Shown here piece after piece: positions 1-13,400 of a DNA stretch of 64,000 bases. The notes under the pieces are model-generated. The model ran no database searches. It was not told the origin of the DNA and saw nothing but the letters and a program-made list of their open reading frames with translations. The stretch's first letter is position 1. Each line of letters starts with the position of its first letter. Both the position numbers and the translations under genes were made by a program. Source of the DNA: Hormiphora californensis (lineage: Eukaryota; Animalia; Ctenophora); NCBI GenBank assembly GCA_020137815.1, contig CM035362.1, forward strand, positions 806,001 through 870,000, given 5' to 3'.

Positions 1-123
1 TCTTATCTGCTCCTCAGCTGTCCTGTCGATACTCTTAAAAGGGGGTCATTGCATGATTTTAATTGTTCAAATCTGAAGTCACTACCTACTCCTAGTAAAC
101 CTGTGTTGTTTTCCCGTCTTTAG

Positions 124-3100
124 ATTTGCGTACGATGGACTAAAGAGGCAGCGAATCACAGAACCTTTTGTACGTGGTAAAGATGGATTACTCCAGCCTG
201 AAACTTGGGAAAATGCTCTCGTCACCGTTGCCAGGTAACTTAGCAACCGTCGCTAGGCAGCATGATACCAATAGTTGCTAGGCAGGAAATCACAGACTGT
301 GGATGAAAAACCTCATATCCGTTATTACCTCACAGGGTCATGAATTCCCGATCTGGAAATGAAATTGCAGCAGTGGGTGGTGATCTTACTGATGCAGAGA
401 CTCTCTTCTCAGTCCGACAACTCCTCCATAGGTATGTTACTACTGGCTGCAGAGTTCCAAAGTTGTTCCAGTCGGTCTAAAAGAGTTTGTTAGCTGTTGA
501 GTGTTGGAGAGAGGCCGCATCTTCATGACTAATTATTTCATTCCTACCCTCCCTTCCTCCCCAGGTTTGATAGTGAGATGTTGATGACTGAAGATGCCTT
601 CCCAATGGCGGGTGGGTCTGGAACAGACCTCAGATCATCCTACATCTTCAACACATCAATCAGCGGTATCGAGGTTAGTAATGAGTGACATATAATATCG
701 AACAAGATCATGTTTGATAATTTCCAAACATGAACATTGGTCAAGATAATTTAAATTTGCTACTAAACCTTCCTCTCCCCAGGATTCTGATTTGGTGCTG
801 TTGATTGGAACTAACCCTCGATTTGAGGCTCCCATTATTAATGCAAGGATTAGGAAGACCTGGGTCCACTCTCCCGTCGATCTACAGGTGACTAGTGTGG
901 GGATAATGTGGTTAGTGATAACTGATCAGTGATACGGAGGAGATTGATTGAAATGTGGTTACCACTTGGTCTTTTTTGAGAAAGAGAGAAACAATCGGAG
1001 CGTTTCAATTCATTTAAATGTAAATACATTTCAAGATGATTATATATTTCTGTTCCCAATACCTGTTACCAATATCTGTACCAGGTTGGAGTGGTTGGTG
1101 CTGACAGTGATCTGACCTATCCAACAACCCATCTTGGAAACAGTGTTGAGACTCTAATAGACCTGGCCAACGGATACCATCCCTTCTCTCAAGTAGGTGT
1201 TTTACAGCTTGCTACCCTCTCCTTATCCTGTGTATAGCTAGTGTTTGTTTTCAGTGTTTGGTACTCTGCCAATGACATCGGCCCGATGTATGTACTAATC
1301 CCCCCCCCCTCCCATTAGAAACTGAAGTCAGCAGAACGACCCATGATAATTGTTGGTAGCTCCCTGCTATCCCGTGCTGATGGGGTGGGTATCAGTCAGA
1401 TTATTGGCAAGATATCATCCCAAACCCGGGCCCAGGCTGGATGGAAGAGTCTCAATGTGCTGCAGAGGACTGCTGGGCAGGTGGCTGCCATGGATCTAGG
1501 ATATCATCCTGGTGAGTAGGTCACAGCTGTCCTTGTGTGTTTCATACCGCATTTTATTTCAGGGTTCGGTAGATCAAAGCTGCCCCTACAACTTACAACT
1601 ATCAGGTCCAGCTCTGTCTTCTACTGCCTTCGCTATGTCAATCTTTTTCACTTCTTTGTCTATAGTTCTAATAGCTCCCGACCCAGGCCATGTCCTCACC
1701 TTTCAACTCTCCCAGTGACATTGTAACTCACCACTATTATATCCTACCAGGTATGAAATCCCTCGCTGATGTCCGACTTCTCTTCCTCCTTGGCGCTGAT
1801 TCTGCCCCCATCTCTCGAGAATCCCTGCACCCTGATTGTGTTGTTGTCTACATTGGTTCCCATGGTGACAGTGGAGCTGCACTGGCTGATGTAGTTCTAC
1901 CTGCTGCTGCTTTCACTGAGAAAAGTGGGACTTTCTGTAATACTGAGGGACGTGCTCAGATTACCACGTGAGTGTGGTTGTTTGTTTGTTTGTTTGTTTC
2001 TTTGTTTGTTTGTTTCTTTGTCTGTTTCTTTGTCTCTTTGTTTGTTTGTTTCTTTGTCTGTTTCTTTGTCTCTTTGTTTGTTTATTTGTTTGTTTATTTG
2101 TTGTTTGTTTGTTTGTTTGCTTTGTTTGTCACATGACAGGTAAGACATGACTCACAAATCCAATAATTACCCTTGTTATGTCGTAACGTGATCTCAGACC
2201 TACCAAACTTGTATCCCCTTGTCCTGGATCATATTGCACACTTGTTACAAGACCAGTATTGTGTGATTAGGATTGCAGACACGGTTTGTGATCTTGGATC
2301 ACATATCACCGGGACATACAATGCTCCATATCTTGGTGATTACCAATAATTAGCGGGTCATGTGACATGAACCGGTTGTAAACGAGTTCATCGTTAACCA
2401 GCTGACTCTCATGTCCCTGAATCATACTCTCATCTTGCTTTCTCCATCGACCAGTCTTGACGGAACAAGCGTCGTCATCAACTTGTGGACCTAGCTGGTC
2501 CAGGAGTATAAATGGTCTTTCAATGCGACTTCAAATCATCCACCAACAACTACCTTCCCTCTACAACTACCACAAAATTCCATCCAATTATGCCTTACTA
2601 CTACGACCTGCCCGAGCTACGGCCCGTTGCCCCCGAGTTGGAAGTCCCTGAGTTGATCATCCCTGACTACACCAAGACGACCTCCTCTCCACCTGAGTAC
2701 CACCAACATGGAATGGTACACTACCAGACTCCTTCTAAACAACACTACTCCCCCGACCAACTGCAACAGCACTACTCAGACTCCCAACACACCGCTCCCT
2801 GGAGACAACCTGCACCTGATAAAGTTGGTAAAAAGAGCTGTAAACAATCATCAACCCAGCAACAAAGGAGAAAGAGGACGGTGTTCACGGCGGAGGAGCT
2901 GGCAATCCTAAACAGCTACTACGAGGTCAACAAGTTCTTGAACCCCGGCCTGAAGGCGGAGATCCTGGAGAAAGTTGATGTGCCCGGTAATGTCCTGGTT
3001 ATGTGGTACCAGAACAAGCGAGCGAAGGACAGGGCTAATGGTATGATCATCTGAGGACACTCTGACCCCCCCATTATTTCTGGAAGATTCAATGAAACAC

Positions 3101-3983
3101 ACTTCTACAGTTTGCAGCACGGAAATGAAGGTCCTGGTTTCATTACGTGACCATGATTAGTGATTACCCGAACAAGAAGAAGAAGAAGAACGTGATTCCC
3201 CGATTCTACCGACTACTGTGGAAGTCTCAACAATATATCAGAAGAAGAAGGAGCTACCCGACGTAACTTTATATAGAAAGTGTTTTTTCTTCATTTCATG
3301 AACTTGTTGTCATTTCTTCTACATTTCTATTTGTCCCAAACTGATACCCTCCTATCCCTTGTCTCAGTCCCAAGGATAACACCACTAACCCTCTTCCCCT
3401 TCCCACAGGAAAGCCAACAACCCTCCTGGCCTGGCTCGGGATGATTGGAAGATTGTTAGGGCTCTATCAGAGATTGCAGATGCTAAACTTCCCTACGACA
3501 ACCTTCAAGAGCTCCGACGTGAAATGGGTACGTAATTGTAGTTCCCAACGGCCTACATGCGAGATGGTTAGAGCAAGAGAAAGATAGTTACTTTTACTAA
3601 AGAGAGCAAGTAAATCATATTCTTGTTTTACAGGAACGGTTGCCCCGCATCTGTTGAAGGCAGGAGATAGGGAGGAAGCTAACTACTTTGCACAGGCAGC
3701 TGAACTTAGTCAGGTTGGTAGTACTCGTCAGTACTGAGAGAGCCCTTTTCTGAACATGCCCAATGATGTAGATTGTAGTTGGTTTATCCAACTAAAAAGT
3801 ACCCCCCCCCCCCCTCACTCACCCCCTCCCCCATTACCTCAGAGCGGACCAGCCCACAGTCTCGGTGACACACCCCTGGACGCACCGATAAACCGACTCC
3901 GTGACTTCTACATGACCAACACTATCAGTCGGGCCAGTCAGACCATGGCTAAATGTGTCAAGGCTTGTAATGAGATGGTATAG
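124..3983 (+). CDS. NDUFS1: NADH:ubiquinone oxidoreductase 75 kDa subunit, 5'-partial; 10 exons in window (124-234, 336-431, 565-673, 783-887, 1085-1192, 1319-1511, 1751-1967, 3409-3527, 3634-3713, 3843-3983)
   Basis: GT-AG exons splice in frame to [81 protein letters not shown] and [21 protein letters not shown], all conserved NDUFS1/NuoG motifs. Confidence 0.97.
1975..2128. repeat. (TTTG)n-type microsatellite
   Basis: Degenerate tttg/tctg tandem run at the start of NDUFS1 intron 1968-3408. Confidence 0.9.
2507..2540 (+). promoter_or_regulatory. Putative TATA box and initiator of the nested homeobox gene
   Basis: TATAAA at 2507-2512 and TCA with its A at 2538 (31 nt spacing). This implies the ATG at 2590 rather than 2512 is used. 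Confidence 0.45.
2590..3054 (+). CDS. Intronless divergent homeobox gene nested, same strand, in an NDUFS1 intron (ORF is open from 2512)
   Basis: C-terminal homeodomain [25 protein letters not shown]...[14 protein letters not shown] with W48, Q50, N51 and R53; P/Q/Y-rich N-terminus. Confidence 0.85.
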   Translation: MPYYYDLPELRPVAPELEVPELIIPDYTKTTSSPPEYHQHGMVHYQTPSKQHYSPDQLQQHYSDSQHTAPWRQPAPDKVGKKSCKQSSTQQQRRKRTVFTAEELAILNSYYEVNKFLNPGLKAEILEKVDVPGNVLVMWYQNKRAKDRANGMII

Positions 3984-4445
3984 AGGGAGAGAGCTGCTAC
4001 TGATCCTGTTTTCGTGCCCTGATAAGTTGGATCTTGTAAGCTGGTAATGAGTTGTTGAGTAACCCCTCAACTAATGAGACGATTGATAAGTTATTGTTCG
4101 AGAGAGATTCGACGAGAGAAACATGTGTGATATATAAACTGCACTGTGATGTTAGGTGCCCCATTCGTTTTGAGTGTTTTTTGTACACTTTTTTTTCTCA
4201 CCCAAACTTAGGGAAATATTGTTGTTTTCTTGAACTAATGATCTTACCCCCTTCTCGATAGATTACCGATAGGTATACTAAATATTATTCCCCAGACTAA
4301 ATCTAACATTCTCTCCACTAGCCCCCATGTAACTAAGTACCTCTACCCATATACGACACACACAGAGGGGTCCTACTAGGTGTGTGAGGTGCCCGGTGGA
4401 TAAATACTAAACCTAAATAAGGGGTAATCAACATCATATCTGGAG

Positions 4446-7400
4446 ATGATGAACTTCCAATCTAAAAAGTCAGGGAGCGTCAGCAAGGATCGCATGATTG
4501 CCAAGTTTATGCAGGTATGAATTAAGGAAAACAGTATCCCCCACTTAGAATTGTGATAATTTAGCAATTATCTAACACCCCCCCCCCCTCCAGCTGACTG
4601 CGACGGGTGAGAAAACAGCTAACTTCTGTCTTTCTGTCCACGGGTGGAAGCTGGATGAGGCGTGTGATTACTACTTTAGCAACCCTGAGAAGTATGCACG
4701 GGACCACAAGCATCAGATCCTTGTTGACAGGAAGAAAATTCAGCACTTGTTCGACCGGTACCGAGGTAAACAGGGAGCGGGTGTGGGTCGGGGAAGGGTA
4801 GATCGGGGAGGCCAGGCAACGGGATGCCATTCATCTAAATGGATTCCACATCCGTCTTGTTTACCAACCCTCACCCCTCTGAATTACCAACCCAACCCCC
4901 TCCAGATCCCAGTTTGGATGTTATCTCGGTGGATCCTAACCATGATGGGCTCCTTCGATTCTTCCAGGTAGGGCTCTACTTTATACAATACCTGTTGAAT
5001 TATACACATATGACACAGGGGGGGGGGGTCATGTTATAGCGAGCCTTGGGTTGATGGTGATTGGAGTGAAATTCAGTTAAATAATTCTGTTATGGGGTAG
5101 TTTTCAGAACAGCGGATATTATATGAGGGCAAAACTAAATATTATATATCTTAAAGAACACACACACAGATCTCAAAAAAGAATACACACACGTCACACA
5201 CAGTCTATTGTCTATGTAGGGTGTGATGGAATTGTAGAGGGGTTGGTGTGGTTCCTCGATTGGAAAGAGATATCAGTTGCTGATCCAAATTGTACCCTGA
5301 AATTAATCTTGATTTATTATTTTGTAGAGCTCCCAAACGCAAGCATGTAGCAAAACTCATCGTGTTTCCATTGTCTCGCTAGCAACAAAGCTGCAGGATA
5401 CCCAGCTGCAGGATACCCAGGGACAGTTTGTAAATCAGCAAGCTGCAGCGAAACATCAATCACTCGTGGAAATTAGCCCCAAATTAGCATACCTCATGGA
5501 TGATGGAGGTGAACATACCTCAGTACTAAAACATTACTGTCCAGAATCGCGCTGACCCTCTCTCACAGGAGCAGTACAATCCATCGGTTACACTTGTTGT
5601 TTTACATATAATGTATTGTACAATTGTCAAAATAAGTTCGTCAGTCAATAGTCACAGTGTCCGCTGCCAAACAAAAGCACCCTACTTTTATTTGGCATTT
5701 GGCACTGGTCGTCTGTAATTATAGTCTGTCCCAGCTGGTATCTTTCTACCTTTGTTGTGTCACCCACCCCTCCTATTACTGCCCAACCATTCTAGTAGTG
5801 TGCATGTCCATTGTCCACACCCTACTACTACTACTACTATGTCACACACACGGTCATATGTAACATACCATACCCCTTCAACCCGTTGAAAACTTACTCA
5901 ATCGTCTGCACTTAACACTCTGACTCCACTCTCCGTTGTTTTGGCACGATATAACACCATCTCCAATCAGTACATGCTTGTACTGGCATGTGATGGTAAT
6001 TTTGGTCCCGGCTTCCTCGACTGTCCAGTTTTCTTGTGTTGATCCCTCAACCGTAAAGGCAGGGCACTCTGGTGAAGAAAGAAAACATTTTAAATTCCCG
6101 GAAAATAAAAGCCATGTGAATTGAGCTATTGATGTGTGATTTATATGCTTACTTTTATAACACTGTGGTATATCATTTGACCACGATCCATCATCCTGAC
6201 ATGTTAGTGTTGCAGTTCCCACAAGGCTATGGGTGGCAGCACATTCAATGGTGGCAATTGTCCCTTTCAGTGATTCAGGCCAGTTTCCTTTTGTCGATCC
6301 TTCAACCGTAAATGCTGGACACTCTGGTGAAAAAAATTGAAATATATATTTTTTAAATTCCTGGAAAATAAAAGGCTTGTGAATTGAGCTATCGATGTGT
6401 AAATTTTATACTTACTTTTATCACACTGTGGTATATCACTTGACCATGATCCGTCATTCTGACAAGTCAGTGTTGCAGTTCCCACAAGGCTATGGGTGGC
6501 AGCACATTCAATGGTGGCAGTTGTCCCTGTTGGTGAGGCAGTCCAGCTTCCTTGTGTTGATCCTTCAACAGAAAAAGCAGTACAATCTAGGGAAAATAGA
6601 TTTTTTTCAAATTCTCGAAAAATAAAAAGTATGTGAGTTGAGCTATCGATGTGTAAATTTTATACTTACTTTTATCACACTGTGGTATATCACTTGACCA
6701 TGATCCGTCCTCCTGACAAGTCAGTGTTGCACTTCCCACAAGGATATGGGTGGCAGCACATTCAATGGTGGCAGTTGTCCCGGCTTTCACGGCCATCCAG
6801 TCTACTTGTATCGATCCTTCAACAGTAAATGAAGAACACTCATCTCGTTCTGAATGGAAATAGTGATTGAGTTCATTTGTTATGTTCTAACCCTCCTTTA
6901 CATTTGTAAAGAAGGTGCGGGCGCGCGAAACACAGTCTAGCTAGGCAAGAGTTCATATTCATAGTTATATGATATAAGTTATATGCCAACTATAGTTGAC
7001 GTCTGAAGCTCAATAGAAAAACGTAAAACTCATCTGATACAACCTTACACTTTGTAGTAAATTTAAATTTTTGATTTTTTAATTAATTAATTAATTATAA
7101 GCTATCAAAATTTGCCCCTGCACATTGCCCCTGTACATTTTGATTTTTTGCCCCTGCACGCGTGCCCCTGCACACGGTTTATCTTCCGTTCTGCTTGAAA
7201 TATCGACTTGAAACTTTGTAGGAATGTTCTTCAATCATAAAAAATGATATTCGAAAAGTGGGAGTATTGAAAATTAATTAATTAATTAGTTATAGGCATG
7301 CAAAAATGGACTTTTTTAGGGCCCCCTGCACTTTTTTTGAAAATGTACAGGGGCAAATACCCCTGCACATTTTTTGCAATTTTGATATTCAAACTGTGGC

Positions 7401-10400
7401 CAAACCGTTTGTTTTTTCGAAATGAAACTTTGTATGCATGTTCTAGTAGTATAACTACGAGTCATAAAAAGGCTGGATTTCTTATTTTTAATTTAACTAA
7501 TTAATTAAAGTAATTAAAATTTTGCCCCTGCACCATCTTTCCCCTGCACCGCTGATTTCGACCCCCTGCACATTTCCTGAACAAGGCAACTAAAAATGGT
7601 ATATTTTCTGTTCTGCTATAAATAACGACCTAACATTTTGTAGTAATGTAGTTCATGCATATAGAAAGATCGACAAAAAGTGGGAATAGTCAAAATTAAT
7701 TATCCAATTAATTATAAGCAATTAAAATTTTGCCCCTGCACATTTTGCCCCTGTACATTTGCGGCAAATGTTGCCCCTGCACATTTTCGGTAAATTTGAT
7801 ATTCGAACTGTGGCCACACCGTTTGATATTTCGAAATGAGACTTTGCATGCATGTTCTAGTGGTATAACTACGAGTCATAAAAGAGCCGGATTTCTGATT
7901 TTTTAATTAATTAATTAATTATAAGTAATTAAAACTTTTGCCCCTGCACAATTTTGTTTGCCCCTGCACAATTTTTGCAACTTTGATATTCAAACTGTGG
8001 CCACACCGTTTGAAATTTCGAAATGAAACTTTGTATGTATGTTCTAGTAGTATAAATACGAGTCATAACGGAGCCGGATTTTTGATTTTCTAATTAATTA
8101 ATTAATAATAATCAATTAAAACTTTTGCCCCTGCACCAATTTGCGCCTACACAAATTTGATATTCAAACTTTGAGCCTTTGTGAAAGTAATGAAAATTAT
8201 TTATTTCAGGTTATGATGAACAATAAGCTATAAAAATGCCCCTTTTTGTTACACAAGCCTGTGCTTGGTATCGAAGACACCTCACACTCTGTCGCCGGGC
8301 GACCTTTGCACGCGCTGGCAAGGGGTAACTTCGTAACCAAAGCCTGTGCATTGTGCACAATGAAATGGATAAATTTCATCCAGTGGCTGGCGGTAGAACT
8401 TGAGCACCTCTAAAACAAATAAGAGCATCAACTTAATTAATTATTTATTAACGTGGTGAGATAAGAAATTGATTTTGTTCTGCTCCCACTAACTACAAGG
8501 GCATTTCACATTTTGGTGCCATTATTTTTTATTTGTCTCTATTTTTAATAGGATTTACAATTTTATTTTGGTATTAGACTGAATGTATGGGATTAGATCA
8601 TTTGAGAAGTAGTGAAGATTTGAAATATGTTAGCAACTTGCCGGTTCGACAAACTAAACCCATATGATTCCAACTTCGGGTCGGACGAGGGGAAGCTTGC
8701 CTTTTGCGAACTACTAAATTAAATTAAGTGGTTATACCCATAAAAATACAATGTAGACCTTTACCTGCTCTGTAGAACTTAGATGCTGTATCCCAACTGT
8801 CAAACTTGATCTCCTCCACAACATCACCGCCCCACCTTGTAACACAGTCGCTAGCTGAACTATCTGCGAACAGGTAGTTCAGCACCTCCACATTATTACA
8901 TGTGATGATTAGGCCGGTCTCTGTTTTGGTGATCGTCCAGATCTTATCCACCTCCACCGGAGGTTGCACTGGTAGGTCTTTCCAGATGCTGCTGCTGCAG
9001 TAGCCTATCCAATACTGCATTGGGGAGGAGAACTGCACACCCACATTACCGATTAAGCCCACATTCTTGTCGTACATCACCACATAGATCCAATCACTAG
9101 TGCCCAGTGTAGAGTCCGTCTTTATCTGGAGAGGTATTCCCTCCAGGTCCCAAGGTATCTTTACTTCCCGCTTTACAGCTGTCCAATCTGAGATAATTTA
9201 AGTCCCATCAGGGATCTAGATTCGTGATTTTGTTTATTGATGACTCATAAAACAGTGCCAAAGTATAAGATACAGAATAGTGTAAAACAAACTTAGAGAC
9301 AAGCACTTGCACTCTCCGCAAGATTCTTTTTTCTGGGGGGGGGGGGGGTAGTCATGTTAATTGTGTAACAATATAAACTTTTTTGAATTAACATCATTAA
9401 CATTAGTTTAGTGTCTAAAATGTCACTTTAATGTACTTTTTTTTTTATTGATAATCGATTCTTTGGACGTAAGAAGACGATATACAACTTTCTAAAATCA
9501 ATTTTTGGTCAAAGATTGAAAATTTGCTTCGCTACAAATCCTTGTGTTTTTTAGGAAAAAGATTATTTTTGGGTTTTTTAACGATTTAAGGTTAATTCAC
9601 GAGTGTTCTTTATTTTTAAAGGTTGGAAAAATATGGATTAGGGTCATTTGCCCTAAATTGCGGTTTAGTTTGACTAGTTTTTATTAAAATTTACACAAAT
9701 CACTGTGTAAGGCCGTAGTAAACGATCTTAGGGGTATGCAAACCATTCAGAAAACATGTTTGTTTTAGGCTGAAGCCAATCAACTAGAAGCTCAAATCGG
9801 CCATTTACTAATCGATGTTAATTGATGTTAATCAATGTTAATGATGTGTAACAAAACAAACTTATTCGATGTTAATTAACAAAATTAACATGACTCCCCC
9901 CCCCCCCCCCCCCCCCCCGGGTTATACCCTTACAAATACAATGTAGACCTTTACCTGCTCTGTAGAAGTCCGATGCTGTGTCCCCATTGTCAAACATGAT
10001 CTTCTCCACAACATCGCCACCCCACTGTGCAACACAGCGGTCGCGGTTATCTGAACTATCTGCGAACAGGTAGTTCAGCACCTCCACATTGTTACATGTG
10101 ATTATGATGGCGGTCTTTGTTTTGGTGATCGTCCAGATCTTATTAACCTCGACTGGGGGCTGTACTGGTAGGTCTTCGTAGATTGAGTTTGTGCAGTAGC
10201 CTATCTTATACTGCACTGCGGAGGAGAATTGTACCATCACAGCACCGATCTTGTTTTTTTCATTTTTGAACGTATTCAAAAATATCTTGTCTTTACTGCT
10301 CAGTTTAGAGTCAGTCTTTATCTGGAGAGGTGTTCCCTCCAGGTCCCAGGGTATCTTCACTTCCCGCTCTACAGCTGTCCAGTCTGAGAGAATTTCAGTA

Positions 10401-13400
10401 TAATCAGAGATCTGGCTGCTTGTTGTTATTGTTTCATGACGTATAAAACAGTGACAATGTACCAATATTATACCCAACTAATACTATTTATTTTATGGAT
10501 GAATTTATTTTATGAATAAGTTAGCAAGATATATTGGGCCCGATAAACAGCAGTATTTCAAAAATAATTGCTTACAAAGTTGTAACGAACCTGTACTAGT
10601 AGCTGGTCGCCACAAGCCAGCTACCGAAAGGAAAAGCACCAGAATCAAACGCATCGATGCATTCACTAAAAGAAAGATTGAACACAAATTGGGGAAATCA
10701 GGAGTTTGCTCTCTAAATTTTCAGCCGCACCCATCATTGCTAAACTCTGTTAACTGTTTTTTGAAAAGCTACGGTTTGGGAATCTAAAAATAAAAAGAGA
10801 GAACAGAGCTTCATTTGCTCTAGGAAATGAGGGAGAGCAAAAAGGGGAGATCACTTGTTACACACAGCTATAGACAATCAGTTATAAATAAAACGCTGGA
10901 AAAGCTAGTACTGTATACGAAGAAGAGGATTTTGGGTATTTGGGGTAACAGATATAATAGGAACGATGAAGACGTTAAAAGAAGAACTTTTATTTAACTC
11001 TTCGTAATCTACATAAATATTTAACTTTAACTGAGCATCTCTGATCTCTTATAAAGTACCGTGTGGCCGTGTGGGGCGATAAAAATCCCCTCAATAGATT
11101 ACCACTAATAGTAATACCATATTTATTAGTTGTTAAAATTTGGTATAGTAACTCTATGACGCAAATGAATAACTTAACCAAAATTTCACCTCACATAAAC
11201 ATTTTGATTTGGAATGAACATGGTCGCATTCATTCGAAATGTGTTATCCAGAATTCAAGGAATTATCTCTGGGTATCGATTAGCTTTCCACAGTGTCATG
11301 TTTCTAAAAGTTAGTCACATCATTGATCCTCACCAAATTTTAGTGGCAGAGACAATGCTGATTGGTCATGAGATCAGCTGTAGCTCTTTGATAATCGTCC
11401 TCTGTGGTGGTACACATACCTCATTAGCAACCGTGATACGTGATTCTCTAACCCTTTTATACAGAAAGACATTAATCGTTATCTCATTCCCAAAAAAATT
11501 CTTTTTTTTAAATTGTATCGCCTCAATAAATATTTTCTTCGCTAAAAGAAAGATTGCAAAGATTGCTAAGATTGAACACAGCTTTGGGAAAGATTGAACA
11601 CAGCTTTGGGAAATAAGGAGTTTGCTCTCTAAAAGTTCAGCTCTGCCCATGTTAAATCATCGCAGTACTCTACGGTTTGGGAATCTATAAATAAAAGGAG
11701 AGACAAGAGCTGGATTTGCTCTAGTAAGCGAGGGAGAGCAAAAACAAGCGATTACACACTACACACAGTCAGCTTACAACAATCAGTTCTCTCAAATCAG
11801 TTCTCTCAAAACATTTTCTCAGTTCTCTCAAAACATTTTCTCAGTTCTCTCAAAACATTTTCTCAGTTCTCTCAAAACATTTTCTCAGTTCTCTCAAAAC
11901 ATTTTCTCTTGTGCTTGTCCAGTTCTTTTAACAGTTGCTGTAACCTTATACCTTGGGTATGTCCCGTACTCTGCTTAATGCTGCGAATACGGGATACACG
12001 AGTTTGACCAAAATTAAAGCGCAGATCGACAAGGTGATCCAGTCATCCGGAAAAAGTAAAGAGGATACCATCAAGGAGTACAAGAAGCTCATGGAATGGG
12101 TGACAGGGGTGCTCGACAGGGATCTACCAGCAATCCAACGTGTTTTGCAGGGGAGTGAGGGCATTGCTAAACTGCAGAAAGAAAATACAGACTTGAATGG
12201 AGAGGTAAGTGTCTTGACAGCGAAGAATGCAGATCTTTGGAAGGTGAATGAGAAGTTAACAGACTACAGCAAGGTAACTGATAAGGTCCAGGAAATGCTG
12301 ACCGAATTCAAGCGGGACCTCCCTGATCCAGCCCATTCTCAAGTTGATGTTACCATGAAGAAGGAGATCAAGGATGCAGTAAAGGACAACCTGAAGGAGG
12401 TCATGACTGAAGCTGTGAACAAGATCGTGAACACCGATAAAATGAAGAAGACATTTGCTGAGGTTGTTAATAACTCCCAGAACATCATCAAAAAGGAAAC
12501 AAAGAAGTGTTTCGACGAAAGTCTATCTTCTGCCCTGCAGGAGAGCCAGAACGAAATTGTCGCTAAGACTACAGCCCGACAAGAGGACGATCAGTTTGAA
12601 AAAGAGAGGAGAGTCCGGAACGTGACAATTGTCAACATTCCTGAAAGTTCTCTTCCTGAATCCAAGGATAGGGAGGAAGCTGATGCAGTGTTTACCAGTG
12701 AATTACTGCAGATACGGAGAAACCAGGTACTAACTTGCTACCGAGCTGGTCCCCCGATCGGGACAGGCTCAAACAAGGATAAAGAGGGACCACGACCCCT
12801 AATTGTTATCTTGGAGACTCCTGAGCTGGCCAAGTCTAAGCACAAATATGGTAACGGAGATAGACTAATTGTTGATGGAGTGATTTACTGGGTGAACCCC
12901 GACCTGACTCGGGCGGAAAGGAAGGCAAACTGGCGGGCAAGGGCGAAGAGGAAGGATCGGGCCAGGAGAAGAGAAGATGGGGGTACCGCACCAGATTCGG
13001 GAAACTCCGCCATCGTTGTGACGTAAGGACTTTAATGCACTCAACTGCTAATATTGACAGTCATCTCAAGATATATTACACAAATGCCAACGACTTAAAA
13101 AATAAAATACATGAGTTAGAACTCACGGCTAAACTCAATGACTGCAAGGTTCTTGGTGTAACGGAAACTATGTTCAGTGACGAGATTGTAGACGCTGAAG
13201 TGTCTATTGCTAATTTTAAGCTATTCAGAGTAGATAGGCAAAGTAAAGGAGGCGGTTCGTGTCTTTATATTCATGATTCGATTCAGTGTCACGAAATAAT
13301 AATCAATGTCCCTGAATGTGCTTGCGTCAAAATAATGTTTGATACAATTTCCATTGTGCTATTCATTGTATACCGTGCACCTTCACTGTCCCTAATTGAA

